Positions 8,923 through 17,959 of a stretch of DNA of 25,462 bases are shown piece by piece. Below the pieces are notes generated by a model that saw only the letters and a list, made by a program, of their open reading frames with translations, made no database searches and was not told the origin of the DNA. Origin of the DNA: Candidatus Sumerlaeia bacterium (lineage in GTDB: Bacteria > Sumerlaeota > Sumerlaeia > SLMS01); assembly GCA_038208905.1 (NCBI GenBank), contig JBBQYG010000048.1, positions 1-25,462 on the forward strand, in the 5' to 3' direction. Position numbers and translations under genes: made by a program. Position 1 is the first letter of the stretch, and each line of letters starts with the position of its first letter.

Positions 8923-10608
8923 ATGCGAACTGCCGTCAGGACCTATCGAGTAACACTGCCGGGAGGCATCGAGCGCGAAGTTCCGGAGGGGACGCCGGCC
9001 TCCGATCTGGCCCCGGAATTCACCGGCGCCGGCATGCCCGTGGTGGCGTGCCGATTCAACAACAAGATATCCTCGCTCGACCGCCCGGTTGACCGCGACG
9101 CGACGATCGACTTCATCGACTTGTCGAGCCAGGACGGCAGCCTGATCTATCGCCGCTCGCTCACGTTTATCCTGCTGCGCGCGGTGGACGAGCTGTTTCC
9201 CTCTCTCCACGTCTATATCAACCACTCGCTCAAGAACGCCTACTACGGCGAGTTCTATGGCGATGACCTCAACGGCGGGAAGCCCGTGCAGTTCGCCCCG
9301 ACGGACATTGCCAGAATCAAGGCCCGCATGGCCGAGATCGTTGCCCGCGACGAACCCATCACCCGCCGAGAGGTCTCCATCGAGGAGGCCAAGGATATCT
9401 TCGAGAAAGCCCGCCTGAAGGACAAGGTGGAACTCCTCGCCTATCGCGCCGAGGGCCCTATCAGCGTCTATACAAGCGGCGGCGTCACCAACCACTTCTA
9501 TGGCCAGTTGCTTCCCTCCACGGGACACCTGAAGAAGTTCGATCTCGACCTCCAGCCGCCGGGCTTCGTCCTCGTGTTCCCCCCCCACGGAAAGCCCAAC
9601 GAGATTCACGAGTACCACCACGAGGAGCGCATCTTCGCCGTCATCCAGGAGTTCGAGTCCTGGTCGCGCATCCTCGGCGTGCGGACACTCGCGCATCTCA
9701 ACAAGCTGGTGGATACTCGCGAAATCAACGAGTACATCCTCGTGGCGGAGGCCCTGCACGAGAAGAAGCTGGGCCACCTTGCCGACGAGATCGTGGCACA
9801 CACACGCCAACCGCGCATCATCCTCCTAAGCGGGCCTTCATCCTCGGGGAAGACCACCACCGTCAAGCGCCTCTCGATCCAGCTCCGCGTCAACGGCCTG
9901 AAGCCGCTGGTGATCGGACTGGACGACTTCTTTGTTGAGCGCGATCGGACGCCCAGGGACGAGTACGGCGAGCTGGACTTCGAATCCTTTGGCGCGATCG
10001 ACGTGGATTTGTTGCAGGACGTGGTGCGGCGCCTGATCGCGGGAGAGGAGGTCGCACTCCCCAAGTTCGACTTCGTCAAGGGCCACCCGGAGCCCGGCCA
10101 CGTCGTGCGGCTGGCGAAGGGCCAGCACTTGATCCTGGAAGGAATTCACGCCCTGAATCCGGGTCTGCTTCCCCAGATTCCCGACGGACTGAAGTTCAAG
10201 ATATACATCAGCCCGCTGACGCATCTGAACATCGACGATCACAATCGAATCTCCACCAGCGACTCGCGCCTGATCCGCCGCATGGTGCGCGACTCGCGCT
10301 ATCGCGGGTACGACGGCATCGCGACGCTCTCCCGCTGGCCCAGCGTCCGCCGCGGGGAGCAGAAGAACATCTTCCCCTATCAGAACGAGGCCGACTTCAT
10401 CTTCAACTCCTCGCTCCCCTACGAGGTGCTCGTGCTCAAGCACCACGCGATGCAGGTCTTGCAGCAGGTGCCCCGCGAGCATCCCGTGTATTCCGAGGCG
10501 GCGCGCCTCGCGAAGTTCCTGTCCTATTTCAGGGACATCAAGCCGGACATCGTGCCCAGACACTCGCTGCTGCGCGAGTTCATCGGCGGGTCCAGCTTCA
10601 AGTACTGA
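8923..10608 (+). CDS. TGS/ThrRS-N-like domain fused to a uridine kinase/phosphoribulokinase-family P-loop kinase ('nucleoside kinase')
   Basis: The N-terminus resembles ThrRS N1/N2 (VTLPGG..REVPEGT, IYRRSL, M.EIV.RD.PITR, LLPSTG.LKKFDL). The C-terminus has Walker A GPSSSGKT, LDDFF, LEGIHALNP and RR.VRD.R.RG. Confidence 0.85.
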   Translation: MRTAVRTYRVTLPGGIEREVPEGTPASDLAPEFTGAGMPVVACRFNNKISSLDRPVDRDATIDFIDLSSQDGSLIYRRSLTFILLRAVDELFPSLHVYINHSLKNAYYGEFYGDDLNGGKPVQFAPTDIARIKARMAEIVARDEPITRREVSIEEAKDIFEKARLKDKVELLAYRAEGPISVYTSGGVTNHFYGQLLPSTGHLKKFDLDLQPPGFVLVFPPHGKPNEIHEYHHEERIFAVIQEFESWSRILGVRTLAHLNKLVDTREINEYILVAEALHEKKLGHLADEIVAHTRQPRIILLSGPSSSGKTTTVKRLSIQLRVNGLKPLVIGLDDFFVERDRTPRDEYGELDFESFGAIDVDLLQDVVRRLIAGEEVALPKFDFVKGHPEPGHVVRLAKGQHLILEGIHALNPGLLPQIPDGLKFKIYISPLTHLNIDDHNRISTSDSRLIRRMVRDSRYRGYDGIATLSRWPSVRRGEQKNIFPYQNEADFIFNSSLPYEVLVLKHHAMQVLQQVPREHPVYSEAARLAKFLSYFRDIKPDIVPRHSLLREFIGGSSFKY

Positions 10609-11248
10609 GCGGATCGTCCGCGAGCTGGTGGAAGATGTCCTCCGCCAGCTCGCCGAGGCCCGTGCGCTCATGCACGCTCACGGGGCGCAGGTCGTGCCAG
10701 TCCTCCAGCTCCAGCGACTCCGCGATGCGGCGAAGCTCCGCCACGCGGCGCGTCTTGGATACCTTGTCCACCTTGGTGACCACGGGAATCACCGGGATTT
10801 CGAGTTCCGCCATGCGCTCCAGCAACTCGAAATCCTCGCTCCCCGGCGTCCGGCGTATATCCACCAGAAACACGCAGCAGCGCAGTCGCTTGTTGCCGTC
10901 GAAATAGCTTTCCATCATTGGCAGCCACGCCGCCTTCAGCGCGACGGGAACCTTGGCGTAGCCATAGCCGGGCAGGTCCACCAGGTTGAACGGAACATCG
11001 TGGGCTCCCATCCGCGCGAGCGCCGAGAACACCACCAGTTCCTGCGTGCGGCCCGGGGTGGAGCTCGTCCGCGCGAGCCCCGTCTGACCGACGAGCGCGT
11101 TAATGAGCGAGGACTTGCCGACGTTGCTGCGCCCGGAGATACAGATCTCCGGCAGCGGCTCCACCTTCTTGGCGCTCCACTTGGGGAGCGACAGGAGGAA
11201 CTGCGCGTTCACGATCCGCGCGACGGGTTTGTCAGGTCTCGGCGGCAT
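10598..11248 (-). CDS. engB: Ribosome biogenesis GTP-binding protein YihA/YsxC
   Basis: GRSNVGKSSLIN, TSSTPGRT, VDLPGYGYAKV and TKVD motifs. Confidence 0.95.
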   Translation of the reverse strand: MPPRPDKPVARIVNAQFLLSLPKWSAKKVEPLPEICISGRSNVGKSSLINALVGQTGLARTSSTPGRTQELVVFSALARMGAHDVPFNLVDLPGYGYAKVPVALKAAWLPMMESYFDGNKRLRCCVFLVDIRRTPGSEDFELLERMAELEIPVIPVVTKVDKVSKTRRVAELRRIAESLELEDWHDLRPVSVHERTGLGELAEDIFHQLADDPLST

Positions 11249-11846
11249 GGGGAAACTCCGCGCGGGAATAGGGCCGATACATCGCCTGGCCGTCGCCGGT
11301 GACGCTCTCCATCAGCGTCAGGCGCAGCACGGGCGAAGTGCCCAGCTTCACGAACTGGTAGGTCTTGGCCATGGACCGGAACGCGGCAAGGCCCTTGGTG
11401 CTCTTGAATCTGGCCAGCGTGATGTGGGGCGAGAACGCCTGCTCGGGCACGGGCAGCCCCGCCCGCGCAATCAGCGAGGCGCACGCGGCGCGCAGCCTGC
11501 CAAGGTCGGCGGGGGGATTGTGAATTCCCACCCACAGCACCTTGGGCGGCTCGCGGCCGTCGGTGGGGAAATACCCCAGATGGCGCAAGTCGATATCGAA
11601 GTGGCCAAACCCCGCCGCCGCTTCGGGCATCATCTCCACCAGATTGTCGGCGACTTTTTGGGATACCTCGCCAAGGAAGTAGAGAGTCACGTGCAAGTTT
11701 TGCGCAGGCACCCAGACGGGTTTGCAGGCGGTGAAGACGCTGGCTTTGCGCAGGCGCTCCGCGATGTCGTCCACGGCCTCCCGCGCGTCGTCGGAAAGCT
11801 CGACGGCGAAAAACAGGCGTTTTGTCTCGGCGGAAGCCTGGCTCAT
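11232..11846 (-). CDS. thpR: RNA 2',3'-cyclic phosphodiesterase (2H family)
   Basis: N-terminal RLFFAV and two HxT motifs (LHVTLYFLGE, PHITLAR). ATG at 11846 chosen; 11861 is also possible. Confidence 0.92.
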   Translation of the reverse strand: MSQASAETKRLFFAVELSDDAREAVDDIAERLRKASVFTACKPVWVPAQNLHVTLYFLGEVSQKVADNLVEMMPEAAAGFGHFDIDLRHLGYFPTDGREPPKVLWVGIHNPPADLGRLRAACASLIARAGLPVPEQAFSPHITLARFKSTKGLAAFRSMAKTYQFVKLGTSPVLRLTLMESVTGDGQAMYRPYSRAEFPHAAET

Positions 11847-11929
11847 GGTCGGTGAAATCAACTCTCGGGGATTGGAGCGGGGACGGCAGACCCATGCAAC
11901 TCCAGAATATTGTGCAAAGGATTCATCGC

Positions 11930-11958
11930 TTGACAGCGGCGGCGGCGGGCCCCATTTT
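11930..11958 (+). promoter_or_regulatory. Candidate sigma70-type promoter for the ptsH operon
   Basis: Perfect -35 TTGACA (11930-11935), N17, then a degenerate -10 CATTTT. Confidence 0.35.
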
Positions 11959-12071
11959 CACCCCGTGTAAAGGGTGCTGGCCGGGGGGGTTGCGATGGAG
12001 CGGTGCGACTCTTGAATCTTCGGGATTGATCGGCGGCGGTTTCCAATGCAAGGAATGAGGAGGTCGGGACG

Positions 12072-12383
12072 ATGAGCGAACAGGGTGCCGTGATGAGCGA
12101 TGGCTGCATCGAGTTGGAAGTGACGATCTGCAACTCCCAGGGCCTCCATGCCCGCCCCGCCGCCCAATTTGTCCGCATCGCGAGTCGCTATGCAAAAGCG
12201 GAGTTGAGCGTCACGAAGGACAGCATGAGCGTCAACGGCAAGAGCATCATCGGCATCATGATGCTGGCGGCCGGCCCCGGCACCAAGCTCCAGTTGAAGG
12301 CAGAGGGCGAAGGAGCGTCCGACTTGCTCCGCGACCTGGAGGGTCTGGTCAACGGCAAGTTCGGCGAGGACGCCACCACCTGA
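12072..12383 (+). CDS. ptsH: Phosphocarrier protein HPr
   Basis: GLHARPAA (His15 site) and VNGKSIIGIMML (Ser46 site); RBS GAGGAGG upstream. Confidence 0.95.
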   Translation: MSEQGAVMSDGCIELEVTICNSQGLHARPAAQFVRIASRYAKAELSVTKDSMSVNGKSIIGIMMLAAGPGTKLQLKAEGEGASDLLRDLEGLVNGKFGEDATT

Positions 12384-12418
12384 AGTCCGAACACGACCCA
12401 AGCCAACGAGATATCCCG

Positions 12419-14185
<1,767 letters not shown>

Positions 14186-14197
14186 GGAAAAGCCGCC

Positions 14198-14617
14198 ATG
14201 CAAGACCAAGCCATCGCGATCCCGACCACTGCCGATCTTCTGGAATCCAGCGCCGCGACATCGGCGTTCAAGGACGCCCTTCTCAACGCGGAATCCATGA
14301 AGTCACCCAACGACCGCGTGCGGTTCTCCCGCGGAAATCCCCCCGTCAAGGTTGTCCGCGCGATCAGCGGATTGCTGGAGCACTCCCCCACCCTCGCCAT
14401 CGACCGTGTCGAGGTCAGCGGTGCATCTGGGTGCAGCGACTATCGCGGCGAAATCGTGGTGAATGGCGGAGAGCGCCGCTTTCGATTCGTCTGGGATTGC
14501 GCCTGGAAGGCGAGCGAGATGGGGTGGACGGACTTCTTTGGCGAGCCCGACCAGATCCGCGCCGCGCGCACGTTTGGGTATCGCTGTTTCGAGGTGTTGG
14601 AGGAAGCCACCCCCTGA
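14198..14617 (+). CDS. Hypothetical protein (139 aa, three Cys, aromatic-rich C-terminus)
   Basis: Fills the gap between ptsI and argD, has GAGGAA upstream, and shows globular composition. No family recognised. Confidence 0.8.
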   Translation: MQDQAIAIPTTADLLESSAATSAFKDALLNAESMKSPNDRVRFSRGNPPVKVVRAISGLLEHSPTLAIDRVEVSGASGCSDYRGEIVVNGGERRFRFVWDCAWKASEMGWTDFFGEPDQIRAARTFGYRCFEVLEEATP

Positions 14618-14633
14618 CGAGGTATCGCCCCGC

Positions 14634-15863
14634 TTGAGCACCACCCTCTCCCGCAATCAGGCCCTCTCCGCCAAGGCCGACAAGTTCCTGATTCCCGCCT
14701 ACGGCAGTCGCGACATCGCCATCGTCCGCGGCGAGGGCGCCCGGGCGTGGGACGCCGACGGGAACGAGTACCTCGATTTCGTCTCCGGCATCGCCGTCAA
14801 CAATCTGGGACACTGCCACCCGGCCGTGGTGGACGCCATACGCCAGCAAGCTGGGCTAGTCATCCACACCGCCAACGGAGTACTCGTCGAGGACCAGATC
14901 GAACTAGCCGAGTTGCTCTGCACCGATCTCGGCATGGACAAGGCCTTCTTCGGAAATTCCGGCGCCGAGGTTACCGAAGGCGCCATCAAGCTCGCCCGCC
15001 TCTGGTCGCGTGAGAAATTCTCACCCGACAAGTACGTGATCATGGTCTTCAAGGGCTCCTTCCACGGACGCACCTACGGCGCCATGAGCGCCACGTGGTC
15101 ACCCAAGGTCCGCGCCGGCTACGAACCCTTCGTGCCCGGCTTCGTATTCGCCGAGTTCAACGACCTCGCCGATGTGGACGCCAAGTGGAACGACTGCGTC
15201 GGAGCCGTCATGCTGGAGACCGTGCAGGGCGAGGGCGGCGTCCGCCCCGCAACGCCCGAATTTCTCAAGGGTCTTCGCGAGCGCTGCACCGCCCGCGGCG
15301 CCGCCTTCATCTGCGACGAGGTCCAGTGCGGCATGGGCCGCAGCGGCAAGCGCATGGCCTATCAGCACGCCAGTGTCGATCCCGACATCGTCCCCATCGC
15401 CAAGGCCCTCGGCGGCGGCTTCCCCATCGGCGCCATCCTCGCCCGCGGCGAATTCGCCACCGTCTTCACCAAGGGACGCCACGGCACCACCTTTGGCGGC
15501 AGCCCCCTCGCCTGCGCCGCCGCGCTGGCCGCAACGCGCGTCATCTTCGACGAGGACTTCCTCGCCAACGTCGGGCGCATGGGCTGCAAGCTCTGGGGCC
15601 ACCTCGACCAGATCAAGGCCGCCTACCCCGACCTCTGCGACCACATCCGCGGCGTCGGCCTCATGCAGGGCCTCGTCATGAAGGTCAACGTCATGGACCT
15701 CCCCAAGATGGCCCGCAAGCACGGCCTCATGATCAACGCCACCGCCGACACCGTCATCCGCGTCCTCCCCCCGCTCACCGTCACCGAAGCCGAACTCGCC
15801 GAAGCCGCCGACAAACTCCACGCGACACTGGCCGATTTAAAGCAGGGACAAGGGATGAGGTAG
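14634..15863 (+). CDS. argD: Acetylornithine/succinylornithine aminotransferase (class III PLP)
   Basis: YLDFVSGIAVNNLGHCHP, NSGAE..EGAIKLAR, FHGRT, VQGEGG, DEVQCGMGRSG, AKALGGGFPIGA and HGTTFGG motifs. Start inferred at TTG 14634 after GAGG. Confidence 0.88.
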   Translation: MSTTLSRNQALSAKADKFLIPAYGSRDIAIVRGEGARAWDADGNEYLDFVSGIAVNNLGHCHPAVVDAIRQQAGLVIHTANGVLVEDQIELAELLCTDLGMDKAFFGNSGAEVTEGAIKLARLWSREKFSPDKYVIMVFKGSFHGRTYGAMSATWSPKVRAGYEPFVPGFVFAEFNDLADVDAKWNDCVGAVMLETVQGEGGVRPATPEFLKGLRERCTARGAAFICDEVQCGMGRSGKRMAYQHASVDPDIVPIAKALGGGFPIGAILARGEFATVFTKGRHGTTFGGSPLACAAALAATRVIFDEDFLANVGRMGCKLWGHLDQIKAAYPDLCDHIRGVGLMQGLVMKVNVMDLPKMARKHGLMINATADTVIRVLPPLTVTEAELAEAADKLHATLADLKQGQGMR

Positions 15864-15940
15864 AAGGGATGAACAGCAACGGAGTGTCGGATGTGTTTCC
15901 ACCCTCATCCCTCCTTTTCCCGCCCTCATCCCTCACGCCT
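15844..15940. repeat. Inverted array of degenerate heptamer repeats (AGGGATG / CATCCCT)
   Basis: Left arm AGGGACA AGGGATG AGGTAGA AGGGATG (15844-15871). Right arm CCACCCT CATCCCT CCTTTTC CCGCCCT CATCCCT CACGCCT (15899-15940). Confidence 0.65.
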
Positions 15941-15990
15941 CTCCTTGACAGCCCCCCGGCCCTTCCCCACATGCTCCCGCCGTCTTACGT

Positions 15991-16067
15991 CGGGGCATGG
16001 CGCAATTGGATAGCGTACCTGCTTTGGGAGCAGGGGGTTCCCGGTTCGAGTCCGGGTGCCCCGACCA
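15991..16067 (+). tRNA. tRNA-Pro (anticodon TGG)
   Basis: Acceptor stem CGGGGCA/TGCCCCG, anticodon arm CCTGC-TTTGGGA-GCAGG, T arm CCCGG-TTCGAGT-CCGGG, encoded CCA. TTGACA at 15945-15950 upstream. Confidence 0.97.
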
Positions 16068-16238
16068 TTCTCAACTTCAACAACTCTTGAACACTCCAGT
16101 TGATCGACTGGCGGATGAGCGCGCGCCACGCCGCGGCTGAATTCGTGTATTCAGAAATCGCCCCTTTGGACGAGATGGAAGTCCATCCCGTCCATTCGAT
16201 CCACCGAGTTGCGGTGCCACAGAAGACCTCAAACCGCT

Positions 16239-17063
16239 CTACCGCAGCGCCTTCGCCTCGCTCCCATAAACCTTCTCCAGCGTCCGCTGCACGCGTGACA
16301 GGATGAGCGAGAGCACCAAGTAGACGAGGGCGAGGGCACTGAAGGTTTCGAACAGTCGGAACGACGACGAGGCGTGAATCTGGGCCGCGCGGGTAATGTC
16401 CACCAAGGTGACGACGCCGATGATCGAGCTGTCCTTGAGGAGGGCGATGCACTCGTTGGCGAGGGCGGGGAGGATCGTGCGCAGGGCCTGGGGAACGACG
16501 ACGTAGCGGAGTACCTGAAAGCGTGTGGCTTCGAGGGAGGCAGCCTCCATTTCCTCCTGGGGGATGGAGAGAAGCCCCGCCCGGACGATCTCTGCCATGT
16601 AGGCGCCGTAGCACACGCCAAGGGCGAGCACGGCGGAGGCAAAGGGCGACAAGGGGACGATGTCCTTGAGCGCCGTTCGGACGCCGAAATACACAAACAG
16701 CAGCATGACGAAGATCGGGATGCCGCGGATGGTCTCCACATAGAGGGCGCCGAGGAATCGCGGGATCGGGTTGGGCAGCAGGCGCATCCCGCCGACGACG
16801 AGCCCGATGGCGAAGGCGACCGCGAGCGCCGACAGCACCACGATGGCGGTGGTGACGATGGCGAGTACGGTGATCCCCTGCTGGGCGCTGCGCCCGTCGA
16901 GGATGCGGCTGAAGATCAGGGGGAACGGGTTCGGCCTTGGCGGATCGAGGCTGCTGTCGCCGCCGCCGAAGAAGTAGAGGGCGACGATCGCGGCTATCGA
17001 GCCGAGGAGCGCCACCCACCACGCGGCCTCACTTGATCCACTTTTCCCGGAGCTTGATGTCAA
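16239..17063 (-). CDS. Polar amino acid ABC transporter permease (HisM/GlnP family)
   Basis: YVETIRGIP, AYMAEIVRAGLLSIP..EMEAA, VVVPQALR.ILP and LLKDSS motifs with hydrophobic segments. Start uncertain (TTG 17063 or a downstream GTG). Confidence 0.9.
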   Translation of the reverse strand: MTSSSGKSGSSEAAWWVALLGSIAAIVALYFFGGGDSSLDPPRPNPFPLIFSRILDGRSAQQGITVLAIVTTAIVVLSALAVAFAIGLVVGGMRLLPNPIPRFLGALYVETIRGIPIFVMLLFVYFGVRTALKDIVPLSPFASAVLALGVCYGAYMAEIVRAGLLSIPQEEMEAASLEATRFQVLRYVVVPQALRTILPALANECIALLKDSSIIGVVTLVDITRAAQIHASSSFRLFETFSALALVYLVLSLILSRVQRTLEKVYGSEAKALR

Positions 17064-17817
17064 CTCCCGCCTCTTTCACGGCCTTCAGGCCCGCGTTGAT
17101 TTTCTGCAGCAGCGCCGCGTCGCCCTTGCGAAGCACGATGCCATAGTGCTCCTCGGAGAACTTGAACGGGAGCGTCGCGAACTTGTCGGCCATCTGGGGA
17201 TTCGCCCGGGAATACTCGTCGGCCACGGGCTCGTCCACCATGAAGCCAAAGACCGACCCGTTGGCGAGGTCCGCAAACGCCAGCGGCGCATTGTCATAGG
17301 TGGCGCGCTCCCAGTCGGGGTACTTCTCCGCGACCAGGATGGCGCCGGTGGTGTTCATCTGGACGCCGATTTTCTTGTCGGCGAGTTGCTCGATCGCGGT
17401 GATCGTGGCGGCGTCCTTCTTCTGCACCACCAGCCGCTGGGATATCGTGTAGTAGGGGTCGGAGAAGTCGTAGGTCTTGCCGCGCTCCTCGGTGATCGTC
17501 GCGGCGGACATGATGGCGTCGATGTCCTTGGCGCCGAGCGCGCCAAAGATCCCCTTCCACTCGATGTTCTTCCACTTGATCTTGAATCCGCCGGCCTTGG
17601 CGATCTCCTACATCAGGTCTATCTCGTACCCCACCATGTCTCCGGTCTTCTGGTCGATGAACTGCATCGGCGGATAGTCGGGATTCGTGCCAACCACGAC
17701 GACCCGCTGCTCGTTGCCCGATGCGGGTGGCGCCTTCTCGTCCGTCTTGCCACAGCCGACGACAAGGCCGACCATCAGGCCGGTGGCGAGGATCATTGGC
17801 CGGAACATTCGGATCAT
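17029..17817 (-). pseudogene. Polar/basic amino acid ABC substrate-binding lipoprotein (SBP family 3) interrupted by an in-frame TAG
   Basis: ATG at 17817, lipobox LVVGC, then GTNPDYPPM…GYEIDLM*EIAKAGG…DAIMSAATITEER…DFSDPYY…EHYGI. Both halves lie in one frame with a single TAG at 17608-17610 (codon 70). Confidence 0.85.
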
Positions 17818-17959
17818 GGAACTGTGCCTTTCGCTGCGAATTCCGGCCACCGGATGGCGGTCCTGTGACAAAATGCGTCCACCCCGGGGAGCCCTTGCCC
17901 TCATTGGCCGAAAGGCACCGTGGTGACCGCAAGACTTACATCGCTTAGGAGAACGGTTC

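Noticed and set aside
11906-11930. TTGTGCAAAGGATTCATC as a Rex or CRP-like operator
   Set aside because: The right half-site and spacing do not fit either consensus.
16100-16306. 68-aa ORF downstream of tRNA-Pro
   Set aside because: No clear RBS, overlaps the permease 3' end, and has no recognisable motif.
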